Positions 1 through 9,130 of a DNA stretch of 21,319 bases are shown one piece after another (within the stretch, counting starts at the first letter, position 1; each line of letters starts with the position of its first letter). This DNA is from Fimbriimonadales bacterium (lineage in GTDB: Bacteria > Armatimonadota > Fimbriimonadia > Fimbriimonadales > JABRVX01). Below the pieces are notes generated by a model. The model was not told where the DNA came from and did not search any database. It saw nothing but the letters and a program-made list of their open reading frames with translations. The stretch spans positions 1 to 21,319 of the forward strand of contig BTVI01000048.1 of the NCBI GenBank assembly GCA_045862955.1, given 5' to 3'. Made by a program: the position numbers and the translations under genes.

Positions 1-557
1 GTACGCAGTGCATCTTCTACCACCGAATAGGGAGCGTGCGGCGCGAGGCGCACCTCGACATGTGGGCCAGCGAACCTGCGCTGCTGCTCGGCTTTTTGGC
101 GGCATGCGTCTAGGCTCTCCTGCCAAGACGGGTTCTCGCGCACTGCGATCACTTCCTGGAACACCACTCCGCGAAGCCCAGCCTGCGTGAGCGCTTGGGC
201 CGAGACCGGAGCATCGCTGAAATCACCGATCGTGCCGATGCCGGCCCGTGCACTCGAGCGGGCGCCACGGCGGGCCGCATGGCCGAAGGACTCGGGATCG
301 GCGGAGCGCTTGAGCTCCGCCACCTGTCGAAGCCAGGGCACGAATCGTCGCTCGGTTGCCATGCCTGCGAGGTTCGTGTACTCGAGGTGGCAGTGTGCGT
401 TGACAAAGGCGGGGAGGATGGCAGCATCCCCGTGTTCGACGGCGGTCTGCCTCGTGGCGGGACGCACCTCTGCGATGAGACCATCCTCTACCACGATTTC
501 GCCATTCTCGATGGGTGGCGAGGACACCGGAACGATCCACCTCGCACGGTGGATCAC
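1..557 (-). CDS. Amidohydrolase-superfamily metal-dependent deaminase (MtaD / aminodeoxyfutalosine deaminase-like); 3' end runs off the window
   Basis: Not in the ORF track. Manual minus-strand translation gives (M)IHRARWIVPVSSPPIENGEIVVEDGLIAEV...ILPAFVNAHCHLEY...GIGTIGDFS...LRGVVFQE...LAPHAPYSV, with the HxH metal motif and PHAPYS motif. GTG at 557 overlaps the upstream TGA (GTGA); an alternative in-frame GTG is at 572. Confidence 0.88.
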   Translation of the reverse strand, partial: MIHRARWIVPVSSPPIENGEIVVEDGLIAEVRPATRQTAVEHGDAAILPAFVNAHCHLEYTNLAGMATERRFVPWLRQVAELKRSADPESFGHAARRGARSSARAGIGTIGDFSDAPVSAQALTQAGLRGVVFQEVIAVRENPSWQESLDACRQKAEQQRRFAGPHVEVRLAPHAPYSVVEDALR

Positions 558-1219
558 AGGTCCTGCATCCACGCTTCTTCTACCTGATCATAGGTGGACT
601 GGCGAACGTGAAGATCCCCGAAAAGCACATTGAACACGAAGCTCTCGCGCCTACGGACACGCGTATAGTAATCGTCTTCGGGCTCGATGGGCCGCTGGCC
701 GAGGTGCCAGTGCCCCGCGGCGTCGAAAAGCACATTGACCCGCGTACCTTCCTTGAATGTACTTACGCGTATGCCACGAAACGCAATCTCCGTCCGCCAG
801 ACGTAGCTCGAACCGAACTTCTTGTAGCTGGTCGGCATCGCGTACAGTACGTGATCGTTGAAGTCCTCCACCTTGTAGCCGTTGTCAGCAGGACACTTCC
901 ATATCTCTTTGCTCTTCTGATAGGGTTGGAGCACCTCGTGTAGCATCGGCATATAAGGGATCTGCACCTGCCACTCGGGGTACTGCCTCCAGATCTCTGG
1001 GGTGTACTTGTCGGTCGGATCCACGGCGTAGGGGAATCGGTCGCTATAGTTCTCTGCGTACATGCTCATCGAGGCGCCGATCTGCTTGAGATTGGACACG
1101 CACGTCGCGCTGTTCCCTTTTCGGCGAGCCGCATTGAACACGGGGAAGATGATGGCAGCGAGTGCCGCCAAGATAGCGATCACCACCAGCAGCTCGATGA
1201 GCGTGAATCCGCGTCTCAT
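554..1219 (-). CDS. Prepilin-type N-terminal cleavage/methylation protein (DUF1559-like)
   Basis: MRRG|FTLIELLVVIAILAALAAIIFPVF class III signal; ARRK..SATCVSNLKQIG..MY motif; WKCPAD; C-terminal NVLFGDLHV resembling the H-X9-DG tail; SD-like GAAGGA upstream. Confidence 0.9.
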   Translation of the reverse strand: MRRGFTLIELLVVIAILAALAAIIFPVFNAARRKGNSATCVSNLKQIGASMSMYAENYSDRFPYAVDPTDKYTPEIWRQYPEWQVQIPYMPMLHEVLQPYQKSKEIWKCPADNGYKVEDFNDHVLYAMPTSYKKFGSSYVWRTEIAFRGIRVSTFKEGTRVNVLFDAAGHWHLGQRPIEPEDDYYTRVRRRESFVFNVLFGDLHVRQSTYDQVEEAWMQDL

Positions 1220-1280
1220 GTCGATCCTTCGCGGGAGGTTCCCATGTCTAGAATACGCGATGGCAGGCCGATCCTCGCGC

Positions 1281-2516
1281 CTATTCGTGCCGCAGCGCCT
1301 CGATGGGATCGAGGCGTGCCGCCCTCCAGGCAGGATAGAGCCCGAATACGATCCCGACGGCCGCAGAGAACACAGACGCGCCGATCGCTGCCCACAACGG
1401 GAAGGTCATGCGAATCCCCGGAATCTTTCCTTCCGCCATGGGCGAGTGCGTGAACCAGTCTACGGCCTCGCCCAGCCCGTAACCGAGCGCCATTCCGATC
1501 AGTCCACCAATCAGCGAGAGAGTTGCCGCTTCGACCAGGAACTGGAAGAGCAGCTCGTACCGCTTTGCGCCCACGGCCATTCTCAGACCGATCTCGCGGG
1601 TGCGCTCTGTCACGGAGACGAGCATGATGTTCATGATCCCGATGCCACCCACCAGCAGCGCGAGCCCAGCGACCCCGGCGAACACCACGCCGAGGCCGGT
1701 GATCATGGCACCGAAGGCTGCCGTGATTGCCTCTTGCGAGGCGATCTGGAACATCGGTCGGTTGTCGTGGTGGCGCATCATGGTCTCCCAGATTTGGTCC
1801 ATGGCTCGCTCGGCATCCACTCCAGGGCGCGGCCTTGCCCAGATGATCGCCACGTTCTCGGTGCCCAGCCAGCGCTTCTGCACTGCCGAGAGTGGCACGT
1901 AGGCAACCTTGTCGTTGTTCTGCCCGAACGCCGCGCCGCGCTTCACCAGTGTGCCGATAACCCGCAGGCTGCGTCCCCGAATCATCACGTCCTTTCCGAT
2001 CGCGTCACCATTGGGAAAGAGCTTCTGCGCCACCTCGTAGCCTAGCACGATGTGGTTCGCCCACGAAGTCATATCGCTCGAGTCGAAGCCGCGGCCCGTC
2101 TCGATCTCGAGCCCACGCAGCCCGAAGTAGGGCTCCTCGACCCCCGCGAACTCGACGTTCTCGATCTCGAGGTCCAAATAGGAGATCTTCACCTGACCCT
2201 GTGGCAGCTCGCCCGACACGTGCTCGAGCAGCGTGCACTCGCTTCGAATGTTCTCGATGTCCTTCGTCGTGAGCCCAGCGATTGGCCCCCTGCCCTCCCC
2301 TCTTTGGCGTCGTCCGGGGTCATAGAAGACCATCAGCACATCGGAACCGAGGCTCTTAAACTGCTCGGACATGAACGAGCGAAAGCCTTCCACCATCTCC
2401 ACGGTGACGGTGACTCCCATGACGCCGATGATGATGCCCAGCATGGTGAGCGCCGAACGCGCCTTGTTGGCGGCCAGCATCGAGAGTGCGATGCTCAGCG
2501 ACTGGATCAGGTTCAC
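1281..2516 (-). CDS. MacB/FtsX-family ABC transporter permease (no ATPase domain)
   Basis: NKARSALTMLGIIIGV N-terminus, periplasmic domain, LLVGGIGIMNIMLVSVTERTREIGLRMAVGA, and C-terminal PAWRAARLDPIEALRHE. Confidence 0.95.
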   Translation of the reverse strand: MNLIQSLSIALSMLAANKARSALTMLGIIIGVMGVTVTVEMVEGFRSFMSEQFKSLGSDVLMVFYDPGRRQRGEGRGPIAGLTTKDIENIRSECTLLEHVSGELPQGQVKISYLDLEIENVEFAGVEEPYFGLRGLEIETGRGFDSSDMTSWANHIVLGYEVAQKLFPNGDAIGKDVMIRGRSLRVIGTLVKRGAAFGQNNDKVAYVPLSAVQKRWLGTENVAIIWARPRPGVDAERAMDQIWETMMRHHDNRPMFQIASQEAITAAFGAMITGLGVVFAGVAGLALLVGGIGIMNIMLVSVTERTREIGLRMAVGAKRYELLFQFLVEAATLSLIGGLIGMALGYGLGEAVDWFTHSPMAEGKIPGIRMTFPLWAAIGASVFSAAVGIVFGLYPAWRAARLDPIEALRHE

Positions 2517-4210
2517 TGGCTCTGGCTCTCCTCGCTCTGCTCCTCGGCCTGAGGACCGAACACGTTCATGGGCTTTCGCTTCGGCCCCGAGAACGGCGCC
2601 TTCGCGAACTTATCGCCCTCCTTGGCACCGTCGAGAATCTCATACTGGGTCACGCCCTTTAGGCCGATTCTCAGCGACACCCGTTGGGTCTCGGCGACCA
2701 TCTTGCCGGTCTTCTTGTCCTTCACCTGCTTGCCGGTCAGGAGCAGGCCATAATACTCATCCTTGCCTGTCTCCTTACCCACGGCTTCTGCAGCCAGCAG
2801 CAGTGCGTTCTTCGCTCTGCCCGTGATGATCCGGCACTTCGCAGTCATACCAGGCTTCAGTCGCGGGTCCGGATCGCGGAGGCGGACCTCGACCTCGAAC
2901 TTCACCACCGTGTCAGTAGTGGCGGTCGCGGCCGTAGCAGCGGCTCCTTCCGAGGCGGGCGCAATACGATGAACTCTTCCCTCGAACTTCGCGCCCTGAA
3001 GAGCATCGGCGGTGATCTCTACCTCCTGTCCTTCTCGCAGCCGCGCGACGTCCACCTCGTTGACCTTCAGACGCACTCGAAGTTCGCTCAGGTCAGCTAT
3101 CTGGTACACCGGCGTGCCGGCCGAGAAGCCGGAGAGCGCAGTGACGAGGTCGCCGACCTGGACGTAGCGCTTGGTGACCATCCCGTCCAACGGCGAGCGA
3201 ATCGCAGTTTCGCTCAACTGCCGTTCGGCGTCTGCGAGCTGGCTGCCGACTTGGTCCACGGCAGCGCGAGCCTGATCCACCTGCTCTCGCGTCGCCCGCA
3301 CATTCTGCTGTCTGGCTCGGGCAGCGGCGAGGTTGGCCTCGGCGATCTGCAGCGCTTCCTTTTTCATCTGGACCACGTAGGTGTTGGCCTGGGCTTGCCG
3401 ATAGCTCGCCTGTGCCTGCTTCAGTCTCTCCTCAGCCGCCCTAAGACGAACCGGCTGTTGCTTCTCGAGCAGTGCACGGGCCTTGACCGCGGAATCATAG
3501 GCGGTCTGAGCCGTGTCGAGCAGCGCCTTCGCAGCCTCCAGCTCACGAGTGGAGGCATAGCCCTTCGCCACGAGGCTAGTCAGGCGAGCATGCTCGGCTC
3601 TTCGCTGCTCGAGATTGGCCCGCGCGTCGTCCACAGCGCGGTTGGCATTCAGGCGCTCTTGCGGAAAGACAGCTTCCTGGAGCTCCTCGAGATCCTGGGA
3701 TGCGGCGTCCATAGCAGCTTTGGCCTGGTCCAGAGCGGCTTCCGTCAGCTTCGGCTGGGTCTCTAGCTCCTGCCGTGCCTGCCGGTAAGCGGCCTCCGCT
3801 TGCCGCAGGTCCGCCGAAGTGCTTCGGAGGTCGGTCTCGTAGCGGATACCTGCCTCTTGCAGGCGAGAGAGGGCCGAGCGCTGCTGCGCTCTGACCTGGG
3901 CCACGGCCAGTTCGGTCTCTTTGGGATCGATGGTTGCCAACGTGTCCCCTGCGCGGACCATCTGCCCCTCTTCAACCAAGAGCCGCGCCACACGACCGCC
4001 GGTCCGAGGACGCACCTCGACGGCCCGCACCGCTTCTACAGTGCCCGACTCGATGACGTCCACCACCAGTTCGCCTCTGGTAACGGTGAACGTCCGCTCT
4101 TTTTTCTCAGCGGGCTTCATGGCGCGGACCGCCATCCAAGTCGAACCGCCGATGACGATCACTCCGAGCCCCAGGCATCCGAACACCAACCCGCGCTTAC
4201 CGATTCTCAT
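2513..4210 (-). CDS. Efflux periplasmic adaptor / membrane-fusion protein (MacA/HlyD-like) with long coiled coil
   Basis: N-terminal TM; lipoyl half-motifs GRVARLLVEEGQMVRAGDTL and IRSPLDGMVTKRYVQVGDLV; VNEVDVARLREGQ; LKPGMTA. Start reassigned to ATG 4210 (MRIGKRG), which has a purine-rich SD region. ATGA overlap with the permease. Confidence 0.92.
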   Translation of the reverse strand: MRIGKRGLVFGCLGLGVIVIGGSTWMAVRAMKPAEKKERTFTVTRGELVVDVIESGTVEAVRAVEVRPRTGGRVARLLVEEGQMVRAGDTLATIDPKETELAVAQVRAQQRSALSRLQEAGIRYETDLRSTSADLRQAEAAYRQARQELETQPKLTEAALDQAKAAMDAASQDLEELQEAVFPQERLNANRAVDDARANLEQRRAEHARLTSLVAKGYASTRELEAAKALLDTAQTAYDSAVKARALLEKQQPVRLRAAEERLKQAQASYRQAQANTYVVQMKKEALQIAEANLAAARARQQNVRATREQVDQARAAVDQVGSQLADAERQLSETAIRSPLDGMVTKRYVQVGDLVTALSGFSAGTPVYQIADLSELRVRLKVNEVDVARLREGQEVEITADALQGAKFEGRVHRIAPASEGAAATAATATTDTVVKFEVEVRLRDPDPRLKPGMTAKCRIITGRAKNALLLAAEAVGKETGKDEYYGLLLTGKQVKDKKTGKMVAETQRVSLRIGLKGVTQYEILDGAKEGDKFAKAPFSGPKRKPMNVFGPQAEEQSEESQSQ

Positions 4211-4484
4211 CGCGTCTTCATCCTCTTCCCCTCCCCGCCGTCGTGGGAGCGAGCCTCCTGCCCGGGTACGCCCCAGCCCCGTACCAGGTTGCGAGACTCC
4301 GCCTTCCGGCTGTTCAACTCCGCACAAAGGGGTCCTGCCGCATGCGGGACCTGAGCAGTTCGGCCCAGGCCGCGCCAATCTGCCTGCCCGTTACCTCTCT
4401 ACCGGCGCCCAGAGGTATACACACTACCCAGAGGGGCCGAATCCGATAATCAAGAACGACGTCCCCCAGCGCGAGGAGCGAACG

Positions 4485-6665
4485 ATGAAGCAGCTACTTC
4501 AGAACTACAAGACGGGCAAAATGGAAGTCGCCGAGGTTCCGCCGCCATCGGCCCGACCCGGCGGCGTGCTCGTGGCCAACCGCTTCTCGCTGATCAGTGC
4601 AGGCACGGAACGTCAGAAGGTGGAGACAGCCAAGAAGAGCCTCATCGGCAAGGCTCGCGCTCGCCCAGACCTCGTAAAGAAGGTGCTGAGATCCATTCAG
4701 ACCGAAGGCCTCGCCACCGCATGGAGGAAGGTGCAGGCGCGCTTGGATCAGCCTACCCCGCTCGGCTATAGCTGTGCCGGCGTGGTGCGCGAGGTCGGTT
4801 CCGAGGTTCCGGGCTTCCAGGTCGGCGACCGCGTGGCTTGTGGCGGTGCCGAACACGCCCATCACGCCGAACTGGTGTCGGTTCCGCTCAACCTGGTCGT
4901 TCCGGTGCCCGAATCGGTTTCGCTGGAAGAGGCGGCGTACACGACGGTCGGAGCCATCGCCCTGCACGGTGTTCGGCAGGCGCAGGTTCAGCTGGGCGAC
5001 AACGTGATGGTCATCGGGCTGGGGTTGCTCGGCATTATAACGGTTCAGCTTCTGAAAGGGTGCGGGTGCCACGTGATCGGCGTGGACGTCGCAGCGCAGC
5101 GCGTGGAGATGGCCAAGCGGTTCGGTTGCGACTTGGCCATGCTTCGTTCGGAGGACCTGATCTCCGCCACAGAAGCGTTCACGCGAGGCTGCGGCGTGGA
5201 CAGTGTGATCATCACCGCCGGCGGAGAGCAGAACAACGACCCCGTGGAACTGGCCGGAGAGGTGGCACGCGACCGTGGACGAGTGGTAGTCGTCGGTATG
5301 GTGAAGACCGACCTGCCACGCCGCACCTATTACGACAAAGAGCTCACTTTGACGACATCTCGCTCCTACGGGCCAGGGCGGTACGACCCGCTGTACGAAG
5401 AGGCGGGGATCGACTACCCCATCGGCTACGTGCGCTGGACGGAGCGGGAGAACATGCGCGAGTTCTTGCGCCTGGTAGCGACGGGGAAGGTGGACCTCAA
5501 GTCCATCACCACCCACACATTCGAGTTCGACGACGCACTTTCGGCGTACGACCTCCTAACCGGTCCCGAGGCCGCCTCCACGCTCGGAGTGCTGCTGGAA
5601 TACGCGGCACGCGAGGAGTACCCGGCCGTCATCCATGGGGCGAAGATCGAGCGCAGTCCGGGCCCCGTGCGGCTCGGCGTGATCGGCGTCGGCAACTTCT
5701 GTACCGGAACGTTGCTGCCGCACCTAAAGGGCATCGGCGATGTGGACTTCGTCGGGGTAGCGAGCGCGGGCGGCGTGTCGGCCAAGAGTGCGATGGACCG
5801 ATTCGGCTTCCGCTACGCCGCCGGCAGCGCGCGCGACATTCTGCAGGATCGCGACATCAACGCAGTGCTAATCGCGACTCGCCACAACAGCCATGCGCCG
5901 CTCGTGTGCGAAGCGCTGCGGGCCGGCAAAGCGGTGTTCGTGGAGAAGCCGCTCGCGTTGGACGAAGACCAACTCGCGGATGTGCTGCGAACCTATCGCG
6001 AGACCGGCGGCTTCCTGTTCGTCGGGCACAATCGCCGATTCTCTCCCATGGTAAGGCGGATTGCAGAGTTCTTCCGAAACCGCACCGGTCCGATGATGAT
6101 GAACTACCGGGTAAACGCTGGACCGCTAGAGAGCAAACACTGGATGCGGGCGACAGCCGAAGGTGGTAGTCGTGTGATCAGCGAGGGCTGCCACTTCCTC
6201 GACGTGATGATGTTCCTTGCGGGAGCGCGACCCGTGCGTGCCTATGGTGCCGTGCCCAAAGGTGCCTATGAACCCGACACGGCACACGGAGTGGTGCAGT
6301 TCGCGGATGGCAGCGTGGGCACACTTACCTACGTCACGATCTGCGATCCGAGCCTGCCGAAAGAGCACCTAGAGGTCTTCTGCGACGGCAAAGGTGCGGT
6401 GCTGGAGGACTTTCGCGCCCTCGAGCTGTACGCCGACGGCAAAGCGATCAAACAGAAGGCGGCAGGTCAGGACAAGGGGCACAAGGCCGAGCTGGAGATG
6501 TTCGCGGAGCTGGTGAAGACCGGCGGCGAAATGCCGGTGAGCATCGAGGACCTGGCTGCGCTTTCGCTCTCCACCTTCGCCATATTGTCTACGGCCCCCG
6601 AGGGCGTGGCGGCAACGCTAGACGTGCAGCGCCTGCTCACCCGCGAGCCGGTGCAGCAGGCATAG
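4485..6665 (+). CDS. Bi-domain oxidoreductase (MDR/Zn-ADH-like N-terminus + Gfo/Idh/MocA C-terminus)
   Basis: SLISAGTE, PLGYSCAG, GLGLLG, SRSYGPGRYDPLYEEAGIDYPIGYVRWTE, then GVIGVGNF, VFVEKP, GHNRRFSP. Start reassigned to ATG 4485 with SD GAGGAG. Confidence 0.92.
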   Translation: MKQLLQNYKTGKMEVAEVPPPSARPGGVLVANRFSLISAGTERQKVETAKKSLIGKARARPDLVKKVLRSIQTEGLATAWRKVQARLDQPTPLGYSCAGVVREVGSEVPGFQVGDRVACGGAEHAHHAELVSVPLNLVVPVPESVSLEEAAYTTVGAIALHGVRQAQVQLGDNVMVIGLGLLGIITVQLLKGCGCHVIGVDVAAQRVEMAKRFGCDLAMLRSEDLISATEAFTRGCGVDSVIITAGGEQNNDPVELAGEVARDRGRVVVVGMVKTDLPRRTYYDKELTLTTSRSYGPGRYDPLYEEAGIDYPIGYVRWTERENMREFLRLVATGKVDLKSITTHTFEFDDALSAYDLLTGPEAASTLGVLLEYAAREEYPAVIHGAKIERSPGPVRLGVIGVGNFCTGTLLPHLKGIGDVDFVGVASAGGVSAKSAMDRFGFRYAAGSARDILQDRDINAVLIATRHNSHAPLVCEALRAGKAVFVEKPLALDEDQLADVLRTYRETGGFLFVGHNRRFSPMVRRIAEFFRNRTGPMMMNYRVNAGPLESKHWMRATAEGGSRVISEGCHFLDVMMFLAGARPVRAYGAVPKGAYEPDTAHGVVQFADGSVGTLTYVTICDPSLPKEHLEVFCDGKGAVLEDFRALELYADGKAIKQKAAGQDKGHKAELEMFAELVKTGGEMPVSIEDLAALSLSTFAILSTAPEGVAATLDVQRLLTREPVQQA

Positions 6666-6725
6666 ATCGGAGATCCGAGCTCCGGCAAGAGTGGGTCCAG
6701 TCCCGTGCAGACGGGCGGGGTACTG

Positions 6726-6734
6726 TGCCATAAT
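6726..6734 (+). promoter_or_regulatory. Putative extended -10 promoter for rplU-rpmA
   Basis: TGcCATAAT about 33 nt upstream of the rplU ATG. Confidence 0.35.
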
Positions 6735-6767
6735 GAGCGTTCGCGTCACGCGCAGAGAGGTTATGGG

Positions 6768-7082
6768 ATGTACGCGATCGTACAATCGGGCGGAAAGCAG
6801 TATAGAGCAGAGAAGGATGCTACGCTAATCCTGGACCGGATCGAGGGCGAGTCCGGCTCCCAGGTCGAGCTGGACCACGTTCTGTTGGTCCGAACGGAAT
6901 CGGGCGTCAAGGTGGGAACGCCGTACGTGCTCGGCGCCAAGGTGGTGGGCACCATCGTTCGCCATTCCCGCGGGCGGAAGGTCGTCGGCCTGAAGTACAA
7001 GGCGAAGAAGCGCTATAAGAGACACTACGGGTTTCGCCCAGAGCTCACGTTCGTGCGCGTCAACGACATCGTAGGAAGCTAG
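6768..7082 (+). CDS. rplU: 50S ribosomal protein L21 (bL21)
   Basis: [13 protein letters not shown]...[19 protein letters not shown]; true start ATG 6768 with SD GAGG; adjacent to rpmA. Confidence 0.97.
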   Translation: MYAIVQSGGKQYRAEKDATLILDRIEGESGSQVELDHVLLVRTESGVKVGTPYVLGAKVVGTIVRHSRGRKVVGLKYKAKKRYKRHYGFRPELTFVRVNDIVGS

Positions 7083-7095
7083 GGGAGGTCGCGAT

Positions 7096-7356
7096 ATGGC
7101 ACACAAGAAAGGCGTCGGAAGCACCCGGAACGGTAGGGACAGCAAGCCGAAGATGCTTGGAGTGAAGCGCTTCGCGGGCCAGGTGGTTCGTGCAGGCGAG
7201 ATCCTCGTGCGCCAGCGTGGCACCCGGCTGCACCCGGGCCCGAACGTCGGCGTGGGGCGGGATTACACGTTATTCGCCTATTGCGATGGTCACGTGGTGA
7301 TGGAAGGGCCGAAGAACCGCCGGCGCGTAGCCGTCGTCCCCGCGGAGTCCAACTAG
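7096..7356 (+). CDS. rpmA: 50S ribosomal protein L27 (bL27)
   Basis: [16 protein letters not shown]...ILVRQRGT...[17 protein letters not shown]. Confidence 0.98.
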   Translation: MAHKKGVGSTRNGRDSKPKMLGVKRFAGQVVRAGEILVRQRGTRLHPGPNVGVGRDYTLFAYCDGHVVMEGPKNRRRVAVVPAESN

Positions 7357-7480
7357 AGCTCCGCCGAGCACAACGTTCTGCACGCCCCGAGGGCCGCTCC
7401 CCCGGGCGTCTCGCTCATAGCCGCGTCACCCGTCCCGACTCCAGGAGCCGAAGGATGAGGCTGCCGGCCCGCAACAAAGA

Positions 7481-7520
7481 ACCCTCTCCCCAGCTTCGCA
7501 GACCCTCCAGGGGGAGGGGT
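7481..7520. repeat. Imperfect inverted repeat (REP-like or terminator-like hairpin)
   Basis: accctctcccc ... ggggaggggt between convergent rpmA and PEP-CTERM genes. Confidence 0.35.
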
Positions 7521-7525
7521 CGCGA

Positions 7526-7698
7526 ATGCCCTGGCCCGCGTCCTCTGCGTTGAACCAACCCGCCGCATGCCACAGAGACAAGGACCACGCCGGGGCAGCC
7601 CTATGCCCCCGCACGGATTGCCACGCAAAGGGCGCAAAGAGCCGCAGAGACAGAACCCACGGGCATCGTCTCCATGCCCTGGCCCGCGTCCGCCGCGC
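7526..7698 (-). repeat. Dispersed diverged inverted copy of the R-A-R repeat module found at 13006-13196 and 11764-11929
   Basis: Reverse complement reads gcggcggacgcgggccagggcatggag...tctctgcggctctttgcgccctttgcgtggcaatccg...gccccggcgtggtccttg...atgcggcgggttggt...ggacgcgggccagggcat, colinear with 13006-13196. Confidence 0.88.
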
Positions 7699-7728
7699 AA
7701 ACAAGCCCTCTCCGGCGGGACGCCGGAA

Positions 7729-9072
7729 TTACGTCTTCCGACGCAGCATCAGCGGCAGCAGGCCGATGCCAAGGAGTAACAAGCCGCTCGGCTCCGGGAC
7801 GGGGGTGGACAGGTAGACCCACTTCATGTCGCCCTCGGATGTGACCCAGAGCACGTGACCGTTCTCACCAACCGCGAGAGCCCTCGCATAGTGGTTCGGG
7901 CCGAGTAGGTCGCCGGAGAGGTCGAATCGATTCACGAAAACGTGCGTGCGATGCATGGTCAGTTCTCCCGTGCCTTCCCACACCGCGTTGCCAAAACGGT
8001 CCATGCCCACCGTGTCGAGCCTCTCAGAAGGGGTCATGGCCCCGACGACGGATGAAGAGAGGTCTTCGTGGTTTCTGAACACGACGCGTCCCCTCGTCGC
8101 GCCCTTGCCCTTCCACAGCACGTCCCCGCTCTTACTGACGAAAGTCTGAAGAAGCAGGTCCACGCTGTATGGCTCGTCTCCGAACGCGGGCGTCGAGTAG
8201 TCCTCCAGATTGCGCATGAGGCGGTAGGTCGGCGGATCGCCCGCCCCGATCTCCCACCAGAATGTGCCATCGTCCTGGAGGGCCAGTGCGTTGGCACCGG
8301 TGATGGTCGGATAGGTGGACTGCGTAAGGTTCACGTCGTTCAGAAACAGTGCGGTGGCTCCGCCCGTCACACTCCCGTATCCCGACCACAGGACGTCTCC
8401 GGCAGTATTCAGCACGGCGTAGCCGGTCACTTTGCGGTCCGAGCCCAGAACCTGCGCGGAGTAGTTCACATCGTTGATGAACATCTCCTTGTAACGCGCT
8501 CCTTGGTCATCCGTCAGCCAACCGTGCCACGCGGCGACACCCGCCGCAGTCATGTCCTGCAACGTAACACTGGTCACCGCGCGCCCGCGTGATAGCTCGT
8601 CCGTCCCGAGGAACACACGGTCCGGCTGACCGCTATCACGCCGAAGCCACAGTGGCCGCCCGTCCGCGGTAACAAAGCGCGAGTGGTCTTGGGTCGGCCG
8701 GCTCGGGGGGAACAACTCCCTATAGAAGTCGCGATCCTCTACCATCACGTGCAGCGACCGCTGGGGCTCTGCGTCTAGTGCCCGCCACGAAACCTGATCG
8801 GAAGCGTTGATCGCCGAAACGAGACCCTGAGCCAAAGGACCGAAGTAGTGCCTGTTCAGGTTGGTCTTGTACTTCCATGCCTGGTTGCCGTACCCGTACT
8901 CCACCGTGCTGTAGATGGGAATGCCGTTCGGGCTGACGCCGTGATACGTTGGGCTGGAGATCGGCACCCAGAAGTGATCTCCCGCAAGGAGAAGCTCATG
9001 CTTCCACTGCGTCTGTGCCAGCGCGAATGAACACCACGCGAGGACCAGGATGACTGTAAGGATTGATCTCAT
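7729..9072 (-). CDS. PEP-CTERM sorted surface protein with about 8 internal repeats (probable beta-propeller)
   Basis: Signal peptide MRSILTVILVLAWCSFALA|Q (start reassigned to 9072); C-terminal VPEPSGLLLLGIGLLPLMLRRKT; recurring GxxxW and FxNxxDLS-like motifs. Confidence 0.9.
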   Translation of the reverse strand: MRSILTVILVLAWCSFALAQTQWKHELLLAGDHFWVPISSPTYHGVSPNGIPIYSTVEYGYGNQAWKYKTNLNRHYFGPLAQGLVSAINASDQVSWRALDAEPQRSLHVMVEDRDFYRELFPPSRPTQDHSRFVTADGRPLWLRRDSGQPDRVFLGTDELSRGRAVTSVTLQDMTAAGVAAWHGWLTDDQGARYKEMFINDVNYSAQVLGSDRKVTGYAVLNTAGDVLWSGYGSVTGGATALFLNDVNLTQSTYPTITGANALALQDDGTFWWEIGAGDPPTYRLMRNLEDYSTPAFGDEPYSVDLLLQTFVSKSGDVLWKGKGATRGRVVFRNHEDLSSSVVGAMTPSERLDTVGMDRFGNAVWEGTGELTMHRTHVFVNRFDLSGDLLGPNHYARALAVGENGHVLWVTSEGDMKWVYLSTPVPEPSGLLLLGIGLLPLMLRRKT

Positions 9073-9130
9073 CGGTTCTGCCTTTTCAAAACGCGGGGAG
9101 GCCGCTGAGTGCGCGGCCTCCCCTGTCACG

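Noticed and set aside
195..587. Plus-strand ORFs over 1-630 and other long antisense ORFs (1062-2045, 2684-3766, 4494-5516, 10757-11827)
   Set aside because: Shadow ORFs opposite well-supported genes, as expected in high-GC DNA.
4211..4484. Riboswitch or ncRNA in the divergent intergenic region
   Set aside because: Only short GC-rich stems (e.g. ccgcatgcgg); no recognisable Rfam consensus by eye. An Infernal scan would be needed.
3921..4484. Long N-terminal extensions given by the ORF track (also 4211-4378, 6705-6767, 14836-15066, 16777-17022, 18181-18303, 21126-21266)
   Set aside because: Low-complexity or overlapping extensions; downstream ATGs match family N-termini or signal peptides, and most have SD motifs.
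6768..7356. Absence of the Prp (YsxB) protease gene between rplU and rpmA
   Set aside because: L27 starts directly at MAHKK with no N-terminal extension, so this is the ordinary arrangement.
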